A stretch of DNA of 64,000 nucleotides from an uncultured delta proteobacterium (GCA_963814585.1 CAWFDF010000008.1:480001-544000), one strand, 5' to 3'. Positions 8,880 to 20,034 are shown, counted from the first letter of the stretch. Made by a program: numbers and translations. Notes: generated by a model not told the origin, from the sequence alone.

Positions 8880-10985
8880 TCAGCGCCTTCGATCGCGGGC
8901 CAGTCCCAGGGCAGCATCGGCCAGGGCGCGGGCCACCAGCGGATCCGGCTCGGCCGCCGCCGCGCGCGCCGTCTCCTCCCGCAGCGCCCCGTCGCCGCGC
9001 TGGGCGATGGCGTGGGCCACCGCCAGCCGCACGTCCCAGCGCGGGTTGGCCAGGGCGGCGCGCAGCAGCTCCCGCCCGGACTCGTCCGGGACCCGGATCG
9101 CCGCGACCACCACCGCCTTGGCGACCTCGGGATCGGGATGGTCCAGCGCTCCTCGCAGCAGCCCCGGCTCGGGCGGTCCGATCCGGGCCAGGGCCCGCAG
9201 GGCGGACACCACCACCAGGGCCGGGGCCAATCCATCCGCGGCCAGCGCGGCGACGGCCGGCCCGTGCTCGGGGCGGCCACAGGCCCCGAGGGCCTCCACC
9301 GCGGCCGCACGCACCGCAGGTTCGGGATCGTCGAGCGCGGCCCGGAGTCCTCCCATGGCGAGGGCGCAGAGCGGGTGCTCGCCGGCCTCGGGATCCCCCT
9401 CCCGGGCGGCGGCATTGGCCTCCGCCAGCTCGGCGAAGGCGCGCGCCGCCGCGACGCGCACCGGCCAGGCCGGGTCGGACAGCGCCGCGATCAGCTCGGG
9501 GACGTGCTCGCTGCGAAGCAGCCCCCGCCTCCCCAGGGCGGCCACCGCGGCCGCGGCCGCCACCCGACGCTCCACGGCCTCGGCGCCGAGGCCGAGCCGG
9601 ACCAGCCGAAGGTCTTCCCCCTCGCCGCAGGCCCCCAGCACGCGGAAGAGCGCGGACGAGCCGCCGGCGGCGGCCCGGGCCCGGCACTCGATCAGGACCA
9701 CCCGCCGGCCATCGTCCGCGCTCCGCCCGATCGCGATCAGCGCGTCAGCCGCCAGCCCGGCCACCGTGGGTGATCCGTCGTCGAGCAACCCGCCCAGCAC
9801 CGCCGCCCCGGCCGGATGGCCCAGGCGGCCCAGGGCACCGATGGCCTCGGCCTGGACCTGGGGATCGGGATCGGCGGCGTGCTCCAGCAGCGACTGCAGC
9901 GCCGTGGCCTCCCCGGCCCGGGCCAGCGCCGAGTAGGTCGTGACCCGCGCCACCGGCGGCAGCTCCGGGAGCACCTGGCCCAGCACCTCCACCAGCCCGG
10001 CGCCGCGCGGCATCGACTCCAGCGCCTGCTCCACGAGCGGGCGCAGCCGGTCCTCGGCCGCCTTTCGAGCCACCGCCGGGGCGTGGGGGATCTCTCCAAT
10101 CCAGCCCAGCACCACCAGCGCCCCCTCGGCCACCTGCGGCTCGCCCGAGTCGAGCGCGGCCACGCACTCGCTGGCCACGTCCGGCCGCTCGCTGGCGACC
10201 CGGCGCACCTCGATGGAGAGCCGCTCCAGGGCCTCGGGCGGTCGGCGGCCTCGCTGCACGCCGATGGACGCCAGCGCCGCCAGCCGCGCCGATCGCCCCG
10301 GCCCGGCCAGCCCCCTCCCCAGCAGCTCGAGCGCCGCCGGCTCCTCGCACCAGGCCAGCGCCCGGTAGGCGCCCGGGCGCAGCGCAGGATCGCCCATCAA
10401 CCGGGCCAGCGTCGCCGCCGCCGGCGACACCCGGAGGGTCCCGAGCGCATCGAGGGCGGTGGCCCGCAGGGTCCGGTCATCCGAGTCGAGCGCGGCCTGC
10501 AGCGCGCCGATCGCCTCGGGGCCGCCGACCTTCCCGAGCGCCTCCGCCGCCGCGGCGCGCAAGGACGCATCGGGCTCCGCCAGGCACGCCACCAGGGCCG
10601 GGACGGCCCGGCGGCTGCCGATGGCCCCGACCGCGGCGATGGCCGAGAGCCGCCGCGACCCGCGGCAGGAGGCCAGCCGGAGCAGGAGGGCCGGCAAGGC
10701 GGCCGCTCCGAGGTTGGCCAGCACCATCTCCGCCGCGGCCCGGCCTCCGATGAGCTCCGCCCCGTCCAGCAGGTCGATGAGCCGTGGGAGCGCCGGGGCC
10801 GGATTGGCGAGCGAGCCGAGCCGCTCCACGGCGGCGGTGCGGACCCGCCAGCTCGTGTCGCACAGCCTGGCCAGCAGCTCGGACAGCTCCTCCGACCGGC
10901 TGCCGTCGAGCTGGAGGACGGCCCGGTACCGGGTCTCCTCGTCCGGGTGGCGCGCTTGCCTGAGCGGGGTCTCCATGCCGCTCAC
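8880..10985 (-). CDS. HEAT/PBS-lyase repeat protein
   Basis: Repeated L.D....VR..AA.ALG units along the whole protein. Confidence 0.85.
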   Translation of the reverse strand: MSGMETPLRQARHPDEETRYRAVLQLDGSRSEELSELLARLCDTSWRVRTAAVERLGSLANPAPALPRLIDLLDGAELIGGRAAAEMVLANLGAAALPALLLRLASCRGSRRLSAIAAVGAIGSRRAVPALVACLAEPDASLRAAAAEALGKVGGPEAIGALQAALDSDDRTLRATALDALGTLRVSPAAATLARLMGDPALRPGAYRALAWCEEPAALELLGRGLAGPGRSARLAALASIGVQRGRRPPEALERLSIEVRRVASERPDVASECVAALDSGEPQVAEGALVVLGWIGEIPHAPAVARKAAEDRLRPLVEQALESMPRGAGLVEVLGQVLPELPPVARVTTYSALARAGEATALQSLLEHAADPDPQVQAEAIGALGRLGHPAGAAVLGGLLDDGSPTVAGLAADALIAIGRSADDGRRVVLIECRARAAAGGSSALFRVLGACGEGEDLRLVRLGLGAEAVERRVAAAAAVAALGRRGLLRSEHVPELIAALSDPAWPVRVAAARAFAELAEANAAAREGDPEAGEHPLCALAMGGLRAALDDPEPAVRAAAVEALGACGRPEHGPAVAALAADGLAPALVVVSALRALARIGPPEPGLLRGALDHPDPEVAKAVVVAAIRVPDESGRELLRAALANPRWDVRLAVAHAIAQRGDGALREETARAAAAEPDPLVARALADAALGLARDRRR

Positions 10986-11539
10986 TCGACCCTCGCTGCC
11001 GCCAGGAGCTCGCGGGACAGCTCGGCGCCGTCGCCGCCGGCCGGGTCGAGCAGCGCCTTGACGTTGAGCAGGAGCCGAAGCCTGCCCGCTCCGCCGCGCC
11101 GTCCCGCCCGGACCGGGCCTCGCTCGCCATCGCAGACCCCGAGCACGAGGCGGCTGCCCTTCCCGTCGATCGCGGCGGGCGCAGGCCGGAGCTCCTCCCG
11201 GTCGAGCCGGAGCACCTCGCAGACCTCGTCGACCATCAGTCCGAGCAGCCGCCCGGCCACCTTGACCACGACGTACTTGGCCCGTCGCGTCGGCTCGACC
11301 GGCTTCAGCCCGAGCCGGCGACCCAGGTCCACCACCGGGATCACCTCGCCCCGGAGGCGGAACACGCCGGCGACGTGGCGCGGCGCCTCCGGAACCGGCG
11401 TCAGCGGCACCGGCGGGATGATCTCCCGCACCCGCATGATGTCGACGGCGAAGTCCTCACCGGAGACCCGGAAGGTGCAGAGCTGCACCTCGGTCCGTTC
11501 GGCGCCGGCCGACGCCGGTCCTGGCGGGTTCGAGCTCAT
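10982..11539 (-). CDS. cheW: CheW adaptor
   Basis: FAVDIMRVREII, TPVPEAP, GVFRLRGEVIPVVDL, GLMVDEV; ATG at 11539. Confidence 0.9.
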   Translation of the reverse strand: MSSNPPGPASAGAERTEVQLCTFRVSGEDFAVDIMRVREIIPPVPLTPVPEAPRHVAGVFRLRGEVIPVVDLGRRLGLKPVEPTRRAKYVVVKVAGRLLGLMVDEVCEVLRLDREELRPAPAAIDGKGSRLVLGVCDGERGPVRAGRRGGAGRLRLLLNVKALLDPAGGDGAELSRELLAAARVE

Positions 11540-12486
11540 CGGGGCCTCGCCTCCGCCGCCCGGCGAAGCGGCCGGAGCAGGGCCCTCAGGTCCAGCACCA
11601 GGAAGATCCGCTCCTGGTCTCGCCCGATGCCGAGGAAGTGCTCGTGCCCGGCGTTGCCGAGGGCCTGCGGGCACGGCTCGAGGGTGCCCGTCGGCAACCG
11701 GACGACGCCGGCCACGCCGTCGACCAGCAGGCCGCACGCCCCGTCGCCGTCATCCACGATCACCACCCGCCGGGCCGCCCGCCCTTCGGGGCGGCCCAGC
11801 CCGAGGCGGCTCCGCGGATCGACCACGGTGATGATGTCGCCGCGCACCGAGATGACCCCGAGGACGTCGGGGGGCGCCCTGGGCACCTCGGTGATGGGTG
11901 GCGTGCGCATCACCTCGAGCACCCTCCCGATCTCGACGGCGTAGGACTGGCCGCCCAGCAGGACGACCAGGTACTCCTCCAGGGTCACCGGCGCCAGCGC
12001 CTCGCCGCCCGCCAGCGGCGGCGCGACCAGCCCCGGCGCCACCTCGTCCCCGCGGTAGAAGAACTCGTCGAGGGGAGTGAGCGGGACGGGGGGCCAGGCC
12101 GGGTCGGGGGCTGCCGGGGCGGGCGCCACCTCGATCGGGGCGATGGCGGCCATCGCCGGGGACCCGCCGCCGTCGGGACGCCAGGTCACGAAGCGAGCAT
12201 CCGGCGCGAAGGGCAGCGCGGCCACTCGCGAGCCCATCTCGGCCTCCAGCCGGAGCGCCTCGGGGCTGCCGGGCAGGGCCCGGACCGGCCGCGGCGGCCG
12301 CGCCGGCTCGGGGCCGGCTTCGGCCCGGTCGCCGGGCGCTGCCTCGGCCACGGGGGCGGGCCGGGACGCCGGCCGGCGCCTGGGCCGGGGGGCCTGCTTC
12401 GCCTCGGCCGGCGGGGCGGACGCCACCGCCCGGTCCGCGCGGGCCGACCGCTCCTTCGCCTTGCGCCGGATCTTGAGGAAGTCCAT
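11536..12486 (-). CDS. cheW: CheW adaptor with long Pro/Ala-rich N-terminal extension
   Basis: C-terminal ITEVPRAP, GVISVRGDIITVVD, GLLVDGV; N-terminus MDFLKIRRKAK followed by a low-complexity linker. Confidence 0.85.
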   Translation of the reverse strand: MDFLKIRRKAKERSARADRAVASAPPAEAKQAPRPRRRPASRPAPVAEAAPGDRAEAGPEPARPPRPVRALPGSPEALRLEAEMGSRVAALPFAPDARFVTWRPDGGGSPAMAAIAPIEVAPAPAAPDPAWPPVPLTPLDEFFYRGDEVAPGLVAPPLAGGEALAPVTLEEYLVVLLGGQSYAVEIGRVLEVMRTPPITEVPRAPPDVLGVISVRGDIITVVDPRSRLGLGRPEGRAARRVVIVDDGDGACGLLVDGVAGVVRLPTGTLEPCPQALGNAGHEHFLGIGRDQERIFLVLDLRALLRPLRRAAEARPR

Positions 12487-12501
12487 GGCCCGGTGGGAAT
12501 C

Positions 12502-13326
12502 CTACTCCGCCGCCCCCAGGCTTCCCAAGTGGGCCCGCAGGTCCTCGGCGACCGCATCGACCACCGCCGCGTCGATGCGCGCGGCGTCGCGGGCGAATCC
12601 CTCCAGCAGCGCGCCCGAGGCCAGCTGGTTCACTCGCCGAGGCAGTCCCCGGGAGCGGCGGTGAAGCGCGGCCACGGCCTCGGACGTGAAGAGCGGCGCG
12701 GCGCGACCCGCCACGGCCAGCCGGTGCGCCAGGTAGTCACCGACCTCTCCGGCGTCGAGCGCGCCCACGTGGTAGGCCACGCCGACCCGCTGCGCGAACG
12801 GCTCGCCACCTTGCGATCGCAGCCGCTCGCGGAGCTCGGGCTGGCCGATCAGCAGGAGCCCGACCAGCGGCCGGTCGTCGGCGGCGAGGTTGGTGAGGAG
12901 CCTCAGCTCGTCCCAGGCGGCACGCCCGGACAGCAGCTGCGCCTCGTCGATCACCACCACCGGGAACTGACCCGCCTCGTCGAGAGCCTCGAGGTGGCTC
13001 CCCAGCGCCGACCAGGTCTCGCTCTTCCTCCGGGCGGCCGGCAGGCCGAACCCCTCGGCGATGGACGACAGCAGCTGCGCCGGCGGCAGGGCCGGATTGA
13101 CGATGAAGCTGAAGCGGCAGCGCTCGGCGAACTCGTCCACCAGCGCCCGCGACAGCGTGGTCTTGCCGACGCCGATCTCTCCCGTGAGCACGGCGATCTC
13201 CCGCTCCTCGACCGCGTGCGAGAGGCGCGCCAGGGCCTCGGCGTGCTGGCGGGACGGGAAGAGGAAGTCCGGGTCGGGCGTCTTCGAGAAGGGGCGCCGC
13301 GTCAGTCCGTAGTGCTCGAGGTACAT
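12502..13326 (-). CDS. ExeA/GspA-family AAA ATPase (ATPase domain only)
   Basis: MYLEHYGLTRRPFSKTPDP, Walker A GEIGVGKTT, Walker B VVIDEAQ, LIGQPEL, GLPRRVN. Confidence 0.9.
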   Translation of the reverse strand: MYLEHYGLTRRPFSKTPDPDFLFPSRQHAEALARLSHAVEEREIAVLTGEIGVGKTTLSRALVDEFAERCRFSFIVNPALPPAQLLSSIAEGFGLPAARRKSETWSALGSHLEALDEAGQFPVVVIDEAQLLSGRAAWDELRLLTNLAADDRPLVGLLLIGQPELRERLRSQGGEPFAQRVGVAYHVGALDAGEVGDYLAHRLAVAGRAAPLFTSEAVAALHRRSRGLPRRVNQLASGALLEGFARDAARIDAAVVDAVAEDLRAHLGSLGAAE

Positions 13327-13338
13327 GCCTCCCGCCCC

Positions 13339-15486
13339 CTACCCTGCCACCTCGGGCCACGGCTCTCCGACGACCACGTCCTCGATGATGGCCCCCACGT
13401 CGAGCACCAGCACGGTGGTCCGCCGTCCGAGGTCGGTCACGCCGGCGATCCCGCGAACGCCGGCCAGGATGCTGCCGAGCGGCTTGACCACGATGTCCTG
13501 CTGTCCCAGGAGCTCGTCCACGGCCAGCCCGAGGCGCTCCTGGGCCAGGCCGGTCACCACCACGTAGAGGGGATCCGGGGGCGGCCGGTCCCCGGCGGCG
13601 AAGAAGCGGCTGAGGCTCGTGAGTGGCAGCGTGGCACCACGAAGGCTGATCGCGTCGCGCGCCCCCACCGACCGGACGTCGGCGGCCCGCACCTCGAGGA
13701 GCTCCAGCACGCTGTTGAGCGGCACGGCGTAGGTGCGACCCGAGGCCTTGACCACCAGGGCCCGGATGATGGCCAGGGTGACCGGCAAGGTGATCTCGAA
13801 GCGGGTCCCGACGCCGCGCTCGGTGTTCAGGTCGATGATGCCGGAGAGCGCCGCGATGTTGTTCTTCACCACGTCCATCCCGACGCCACGGCCGGAGAGG
13901 CTGGTGACCTGGCGCGCCGTCGAGAAGCCTGGGACGAAGATCAGGTTCATCACCTCCCGCCGGGAGAGCCCCCGCACCGACTCGGCCGTGGCCAGCCCCC
14001 TGGCCACCGCGACCTCGCGGATCCGATCCTCGTCGATCCCGTTGCCATCGTCGGCCACCGACAGCTGCACGTGGTGGCCGCGCTGGACCGCGGCCAGGGT
14101 GATGTGACCCACCCGCGACTTGCCCTTCCTCTGGCGCACCTCGGGCCCCTCGATGGCGTGGTCGATGGCGTTCCGGATGAGGTGCATGAGCGGATCCGCC
14201 AGGTCCTCGACGATCAGCTTGTCGAGCTCCACCTCGCCGCCGGAGACCTCCAGCTCCACCTCCTTCCCCACCTCCCGGGCCAGCTTGCGCACCAGGCGGG
14301 TGAGCTTGTCGAAGACCTGGTCGAGCGGGACCATCCGGACCTCGAGGATCCCGCCCTGCAGCTCGGCCAGCCTCCGCTCCAGCCCGCGGCCGACCTGCTG
14401 GAGCTCGGCCACCAGCACCGGGTCGATCCCCTCGCCCTTGAAGCGCTCGGCGACCGACTGCAGCGAGCTCTTCACCAGCACCAGCTCGCCCACCACGTTC
14501 ATGAGCCGGTTGAGCTTCCGGATGTCGACGCGCACCGCCTGGGAGGCCGACCGGAGCGTGCCGGCGTCGGGCTCGGCGAGCGGCTCGGGGGCGGGCGAGA
14601 GCACCAGCGGGGCGGCGGACGGGGGATGGCTGGAGGGGGGCGCATCCGGCGGGGCGTCCACCTCGGCTGGCCGCTGGAGGGGGGCCCGCCTGGGGGCCCG
14701 GACCGGAGCGCCATCCGCGGCCGCCGTCGCGCCGGAGCCGCCGCCCAGGACCACCACCGGGTCGACCGCGGCGTGGGGGCCGGCCTCCAGCACCACGCTG
14801 GCGAGCGGCGCGGTGGTGGCCAGCAGCAGCTCGAAGGCGATGGTGGTCGGGTCCTTCATGTCGGCCGATGGGAGCGTCGACACCACCTCGCCCAGCTCCT
14901 TGAGCCGCGCCGAGAGGGCGGCCAGCTGCTCGTCGAAGGCCGTCAGCTCGAAGGCCACCCGGATCCGGAAGAGCCCCAGCCCCTTGCGCAGCGCCGCGCC
15001 CAGCCGGTGCTCCTCGTACTCGGTGAGGAGGCGGCGGATCTCCGGTCCGAGCGCCAGGCCGTCGAGCTCGGCGCCGACCGGAGGCGAGGACCCCCGCTCC
15101 TCGGCGCGGAGCCGCTCGGTGAGGCGCGCGGCGGCGTCCCGGGTGGCGTGTGGTGCGCCGGTGGCCTCCTCCGAGATGATACGGGAGAAGACCTCTGGCG
15201 CCTCGAGCAGCAGGTCGAGCGCGCCGGCGTCGAGCCGACGCCGCCCCAGGCGCAGGTCGTCGAGCGCATCCTCGAGCGCGTGGGCCAGCCGCGCCAGCCG
15301 CTCGACGCCAAACATCGACGACAGCCCCTTGAGCGAGTGGGCGGCGCGGAAGACCGAGTTGAGGACCTCGGGCTCGGGCTCGGCGCCCGCCCCTTCCAGC
15401 TGCATCAGCCCCTTGCCGAGCGCGTCGATGGTCTCCTGGGCCTCGGAGACGAAGTCGGAGAGCGCCTTCTGCGATCGGTCGGACAT
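13339..15486 (-). CDS. cheA: Chemotaxis histidine kinase CheA
   Basis: HPt FRAAHSLKG, VRVDIRKLNRLMN, HLIRNAIDHAIE, DDGNGID, GFST, GRGVGMDVV, C-terminal CheW-like domain; ATG at 15486. Confidence 0.95.
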   Translation of the reverse strand: MSDRSQKALSDFVSEAQETIDALGKGLMQLEGAGAEPEPEVLNSVFRAAHSLKGLSSMFGVERLARLAHALEDALDDLRLGRRRLDAGALDLLLEAPEVFSRIISEEATGAPHATRDAAARLTERLRAEERGSSPPVGAELDGLALGPEIRRLLTEYEEHRLGAALRKGLGLFRIRVAFELTAFDEQLAALSARLKELGEVVSTLPSADMKDPTTIAFELLLATTAPLASVVLEAGPHAAVDPVVVLGGGSGATAAADGAPVRAPRRAPLQRPAEVDAPPDAPPSSHPPSAAPLVLSPAPEPLAEPDAGTLRSASQAVRVDIRKLNRLMNVVGELVLVKSSLQSVAERFKGEGIDPVLVAELQQVGRGLERRLAELQGGILEVRMVPLDQVFDKLTRLVRKLAREVGKEVELEVSGGEVELDKLIVEDLADPLMHLIRNAIDHAIEGPEVRQRKGKSRVGHITLAAVQRGHHVQLSVADDGNGIDEDRIREVAVARGLATAESVRGLSRREVMNLIFVPGFSTARQVTSLSGRGVGMDVVKNNIAALSGIIDLNTERGVGTRFEITLPVTLAIIRALVVKASGRTYAVPLNSVLELLEVRAADVRSVGARDAISLRGATLPLTSLSRFFAAGDRPPPDPLYVVVTGLAQERLGLAVDELLGQQDIVVKPLGSILAGVRGIAGVTDLGRRTTVLVLDVGAIIEDVVVGEPWPEVAG

Positions 15487-15520
15487 GGGAAGGAGGGTCG
15501 GCGCGCCGGCGCCGACGGGG

Positions 15521-16060
15521 TCATCGTACCATCGCCGCCGGCCTGGCCGAGAAAGGCGCCACCTCGATCTCGGCCCGCGCCTCGAGGCGGGCGGCGGCGA
15601 GATCGGCGGCCAGGGTCCGGGCATCGCCCAGCAGCACCAGCCGGTCGCCCGGCACGGCGACCGCGGCCCGCAGCCAGGCCCGGCAGGCCTCGGCGCCGGG
15701 CACGCCCGGCACCGGCAGCGCGGCGGCCGCGAAGGACGTCGCGCCGGCCCTGGTCACCACCAGGCCGAGGCGCTCGAGGGTCTCGGCGAGCCGGGTCTCG
15801 CCGGGCCCCGGCGACCAGCCCACCGCCACCACCCGGGCCACCGGCAGCCGCCTCGAGGTCGGCAGGAGCAGCGCCTCGCCCGGGCCAGCCGCGTAGAGGC
15901 CGCCGGTGAGCGTGCGGGTGAGGGCCCCCGCCAGGCGCCAGTCCACCAGGCCGGCCAGCCCGTGCAGCGGCCGCTCCTCGCCGACCAGCAGCGCCACGGC
16001 CTCGACGTCGAGGGCGTCGAGGGTCGCGAGGGAGAGCTCCGCCACCTCGATGCGGCGCAT
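15521..16060 (-). CDS. Stand-alone peptidase M17 N-terminal-like domain protein
   Basis: EERPLHGLAGLVDWRLAGAL...GEALLLP resembles the leucyl aminopeptidase N-terminal domain; no catalytic domain. Confidence 0.6.
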   Translation of the reverse strand: MRRIEVAELSLATLDALDVEAVALLVGEERPLHGLAGLVDWRLAGALTRTLTGGLYAAGPGEALLLPTSRRLPVARVVAVGWSPGPGETRLAETLERLGLVVTRAGATSFAAAALPVPGVPGAEACRAWLRAAVAVPGDRLVLLGDARTLAADLAAARLEARAEIEVAPFSARPAAMVR

Positions 16061-16062
16061 GA

Positions 16063-16491
16063 CTATCCCTCGCCGCGCCGCGCCGCCGGGAGTCCCTGGG
16101 CGATCTTGTCGAGCACGCCATTGACGAAGGCGCCACTCTGCTCGGAGCCGTACTTCTTGCCGAGCTCGATGGCCTCGTTGATGATCACCTTCACCGGGGC
16201 GTCTCCCTGGAGCAGTTCCCAGGTGGCCAGCCGCAGCACGTTGCGATCCACCTTGGCCATACGATCGAGCCGCCAGTTGGTGGAGACGTTCTCGATCAGG
16301 TCGTCCACCTGCCGCCGGTCGACGGCCACGCCCCGGACCAGCAGCTCGGCCAGTTGCTGCACCTCGCGCTCGGTCGGCTCGAAGCTCCTCCAGAAGCTGG
16401 CCAGCGCGTCGTCGATCCCGGCTGCGGCCACGTCGATCTGGTAGAGCGCCTGCAGCGCCCGCTCACGGGCCTTGGTCCGGCGCCCGGTCAT
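16063..16491 (-). CDS. nusB: Transcription antitermination factor NusB
   Basis: [36 protein letters not shown]. Confidence 0.97.
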   Translation of the reverse strand: MTGRRTKARERALQALYQIDVAAAGIDDALASFWRSFEPTEREVQQLAELLVRGVAVDRRQVDDLIENVSTNWRLDRMAKVDRNVLRLATWELLQGDAPVKVIINEAIELGKKYGSEQSGAFVNGVLDKIAQGLPAARRGEG

Positions 16492-16979
16492 CCGCGCCCC
16501 GCCTTGCCGCGCTTCCCGGTCGCCAGCCTGAGGACCTGGGCCTGCTCGATGGCGGCGGCGGCCGCCTCCGCCCCCTTGTTGCCGCCCTTGACGCCGGCGC
16601 GCTCCAGCGCCTGCTCCATGGTGTCGCAGGTGAGGACCCCCATGGTGACGGCGCAGTCCGCCTCCAGCGCCACCTGCGCCACGCCCTTGGTGGCCTCGCC
16701 CGCCACGTACTCGAAGTGGGGCGTGCCCCCGCGGATGACGGCACCGAGCGCGATGACCGCGTCGTGGCGGCCGCCGGCCACCACGCGCTTCAGCAGCGCC
16801 GGGAGCTCGAAGGTCCCCGGGCAGCGAAAGACGTCGACGTCGCCGTCGGCAACGCCGTGCCGCCGCAGCGTGTCCACCGCGCCGGCCAGGAGCTGGTCGG
16901 TGATCAGCGAGTTGAAGCGGGAGACCACCAGCGCGAACTTGAGCCCCGTGGCGATCAGCGAACCCTCGAAGACGTTCAT
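16488..16979 (-). CDS. ribH: 6,7-dimethyl-8-ribityllumazine synthase
   Basis: [34 protein letters not shown]. Confidence 0.97.
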   Translation of the reverse strand: MNVFEGSLIATGLKFALVVSRFNSLITDQLLAGAVDTLRRHGVADGDVDVFRCPGTFELPALLKRVVAGGRHDAVIALGAVIRGGTPHFEYVAGEATKGVAQVALEADCAVTMGVLTCDTMEQALERAGVKGGNKGAEAAAAAIEQAQVLRLATGKRGKAGRG

Positions 16980-18262
16980 GGCTTCCTTCCTTTTCGTCCG
17001 GCGGCGGGCCGCCGGGTGCGCCGCGCCGCAGGCGCCGGCTTCAGGGTGAGCAGGTGGCCCATCTTGTCCCGCTTGGTGGCGAGGTAGGCCAGGTTCTTCC
17101 GGGTCGGCGCCATCTCAAGCGGGACCCGCGCCACCACCTCGAGACCGTAGCCTTCCAGGCCCACGATCTTCTTCGGGTTGTTGGTCAGCAGCCGCATCTT
17201 GCGAACCCCCAGGTCCCGCAGGATCTGGGCGCCCAGCCCGTAGTCGCGCAGGTCGGGCTTGAAGCCGAGCTTCAGGTTGGCCTCGGCGGTGTCGAGCCCC
17301 TGGTCCTGCAGGTTGTAGGCCTTGAGCTTGTTGACGAGCCCGATGCCGCGCCCCTCCTGGTCGAGGTAGAGCAGCACGCCCTTGCCGGCCTGCTCGATCT
17401 GGGCGAGCGCGGCGTGGAGCTGGGGGCCGCAGTCACACCGCTCGGAGCCGAAGACGTCGCCGGTCAGGCACCGGGAATGGACCCGCACCAGGACCGACTC
17501 GCCCGGCTTCCACTTCCCCTTCACCAGCGCCACGTGCTGGAACTTGTCGACATCGTTCTCGTAGGCCACGGCCGTGAACCCGCCGCGGGTGGTCGGCAGC
17601 GGCGCCTCGGCGGCGCGGTGGACCAGGGTGTCCTTGAGCATCCGGTAGGCGATCAGGTCCGCCACCGAGACGATGGGGAGGTCGTGGGCCTTCGACAGGG
17701 TCTCCAGCTCGGGTCGCCGGGCCATGGTCCCGTCGTCGTTCATCACCTCGCAGATGACGCCGGCCGGCGTGAGGCCGGCCAGCCGGGCCAGGTCCACCGA
17801 GCCCTCGGTCTGGCCGGCGCGCACCAGCACGCCGCCGCGCCGCGCCCGGAGCGGGAAGACGTGGCCGGGCCTGGCCAGGTCCTCGGGGCGGCAGTCCTCC
17901 CGCACGGCGGTGAGGATGGTGTGGGCCCGGTCCCTGGCGCTGATGCCCGTGGTGACACCCTTCCTGGCCTCGATGGAGATGGTGAAGGCGGTCCCGAAGG
18001 ACGAGGTGTTGGAGCCCTCGTCGACCATGAGCGGCAGGCGCAGCTTCGCCACCTTCTCCTCGTTGAGCGAGAGGCAGATCAGGCCGCGGCCGTGCTTGGC
18101 CATGAAGTTGACGGCTGCCGGCGTGACCAGCTCGGCCGCCATGCAGAGGTCGCCCTCGTTCTCCCGGTCCTCGTCGTCGACCATGATGACCTGCTTGCCG
18201 GCGCGGATGTACGCCAGGGCCCGCTCCACCCGCTCCACCGACTTCCCGGTCGACAGCGTCAC
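16976..18262 (-). CDS. ribBA: Bifunctional DHBP synthase / GTP cyclohydrolase II
   Basis: [53 protein letters not shown]. Confidence 0.97.
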   Translation of the reverse strand: MTLSTGKSVERVERALAYIRAGKQVIMVDDEDRENEGDLCMAAELVTPAAVNFMAKHGRGLICLSLNEEKVAKLRLPLMVDEGSNTSSFGTAFTISIEARKGVTTGISARDRAHTILTAVREDCRPEDLARPGHVFPLRARRGGVLVRAGQTEGSVDLARLAGLTPAGVICEVMNDDGTMARRPELETLSKAHDLPIVSVADLIAYRMLKDTLVHRAAEAPLPTTRGGFTAVAYENDVDKFQHVALVKGKWKPGESVLVRVHSRCLTGDVFGSERCDCGPQLHAALAQIEQAGKGVLLYLDQEGRGIGLVNKLKAYNLQDQGLDTAEANLKLGFKPDLRDYGLGAQILRDLGVRKMRLLTNNPKKIVGLEGYGLEVVARVPLEMAPTRKNLAYLATKRDKMGHLLTLKPAPAARRTRRPAAGRKGRKP

Positions 18263-18906
18263 GGTGCGCCTCCGCCGGGATAGCCCCAGGCCTGCAGCGT
18301 GGCCGCGTCGAGCGGCGGGAACTCACGCAGCCGCGCCACGTGGCGGGCCACCAGGTCCGCCTCCAGGTTGACGGGCCGGCCCGGCGCCGCGTCGCCCAGC
18401 GTGGTGCGGGCCAGCGTCTCCGGGATGAGCGCCACCTCGAAGCGATCGCGTCCGGCCGACGCCACCGTCAGCGAGATCCCGTCGACGGCGATCGACCCCT
18501 TCTCCGCCACCAGCGGCGCCAGCGAGGCCGGCAGCGAGATGGTGAGCCGGGCCCCCTGTCCCTCGGGGCTTCGTGCCAGCACCTCCCCGACGGCGTCGAC
18601 GTGGCCGGCCACCAGGTGGCCACCCAGCCGGTCGGAGAGGCGCAGCGCCCGCTCCAGGTTGATCCGGCTGCCGGGGCGCCAGCCGCCGATGACGGTCCTC
18701 GCCAGCGTCTCCGGGACGGCGTCGAAGGCCACCAGCCCCCCGCCCCGCTCCACCACCGTGAGGCAGGCGCCCGAGCAGGCCACGCTCTCCCCCACGGCGA
18801 GGTCGTCCACCGGCAGGGCGCCCGGCCGGACCACCAGGCGCACGCCGCCGGCGCGCGGCGTGATCCGCTCGACCACCCCGATATCGCTGATGAGCCCGGT
18901 GAACAT
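18259..18906 (-). CDS. ribE: Riboflavin synthase alpha chain
   Basis: [34 protein letters not shown]. Confidence 0.96.
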   Translation of the reverse strand: MFTGLISDIGVVERITPRAGGVRLVVRPGALPVDDLAVGESVACSGACLTVVERGGGLVAFDAVPETLARTVIGGWRPGSRINLERALRLSDRLGGHLVAGHVDAVGEVLARSPEGQGARLTISLPASLAPLVAEKGSIAVDGISLTVASAGRDRFEVALIPETLARTTLGDAAPGRPVNLEADLVARHVARLREFPPLDAATLQAWGYPGGGAP

Positions 18907-18918
18907 GGGAGGTCGATC

Positions 18919-20034
18919 CTAGACCCGTCCCCTCGTGGCCGCCAGCGCGGGCGTCCCCTGCAGGAGCAGGTCGTCCCCCAGCCACTCCACCGTCAGGTCT
19001 CGCACCCGGAGGGCGTCGGCCATGCGCGCCGGGCCGGTCGCGCCGCTCCAGGAGAGGCCGGCGCCCAGCACCCTCGGGGCCAGCACCAGCGCCAGCCGGT
19101 CGACCACCCCGGCCGCCAGGCAGCTGGCCGCCACCGCGCCGCCTCCCTCCACCAGCAGGTGCACCACGCCGCGGTCCGCCAGCCTGGAGAGCACGTCGTG
19201 GAGGTCGAGGCCGCCCGGCCCGCGGGCGCAGCGAAGCTGGTCGACACGGGGCCCCAGGTCACGCTCGCGCCTGGCGGCATGGACCACCAGGGTGCGGGCC
19301 GCCGACCGCTGCCGGAAGAGCCTGAGCGTGGCGGGCAACCGGAGGTCGGTGTCGAGCACCACGCGGAGCGGATCCCGCCCGCCGCCGGCCGGCAGCCGGG
19401 TGGTGAGGCGTGGATCGTCGGCCTGCGCCGTGCCCCGCCCCACCAGCACGGCGTCGACCCGATCGCGCAGCCGGTGCACCCAGGCGCGCGCCTCGGGGCC
19501 GCTCACCCAGCGAGAGTCACCGGCGAGCGTGGCGACGCGGCCGTCGAGGGTCGACGCCACCTTGAGCGTGACGAACGGGCGGCCGCTGGAGATGAAGCGG
19601 AACCAGGGGGCGTTGAGCGCATCGCACTCGGCCTGCAGCGGGCCGGCCACCACCTCGACCCCGGCGCGCCGGAGCCGGGCCGTCCCCCGGCCATTCACCA
19701 GCGGGTTGGGATCGCGCGAGCCGACGAAGACCCGGCGCACCCGCGCCTCGATCACCGCCGCGCTGCAGGGCGGCGTCCGCCCGAAGTGATCGCAGGGCTC
19801 CAGCGTGGTGTAGAGGTCGGCGCCGCGGGCTCGGGCTCCGGCCTGCCGCAGCGCCTCGATCTCCGCGTGCGGGCTGCCGGCCCGGGCGTGGTGCCCACGC
19901 CCCACCACCCGGCCGCCGCGCACCAGCACCGCGCCCACCGCCGGGTTGGGTGCGGTGCGCCCCACCCCGCGCGCCGCCTCCTCGAGCGCCATCCGCATGA
20001 AGCGCTCGCCCCCCGCGCTGGTGGTCGAGGTCAC
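18919..20034 (-). CDS. ribD: Riboflavin biosynthesis deaminase/reductase RibD
   Basis: [30 protein letters not shown]. Confidence 0.96.
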   Translation of the reverse strand: MTSTTSAGGERFMRMALEEAARGVGRTAPNPAVGAVLVRGGRVVGRGHHARAGSPHAEIEALRQAGARARGADLYTTLEPCDHFGRTPPCSAAVIEARVRRVFVGSRDPNPLVNGRGTARLRRAGVEVVAGPLQAECDALNAPWFRFISSGRPFVTLKVASTLDGRVATLAGDSRWVSGPEARAWVHRLRDRVDAVLVGRGTAQADDPRLTTRLPAGGGRDPLRVVLDTDLRLPATLRLFRQRSAARTLVVHAARRERDLGPRVDQLRCARGPGGLDLHDVLSRLADRGVVHLLVEGGGAVAASCLAAGVVDRLALVLAPRVLGAGLSWSGATGPARMADALRVRDLTVEWLGDDLLLQGTPALAATRGRV

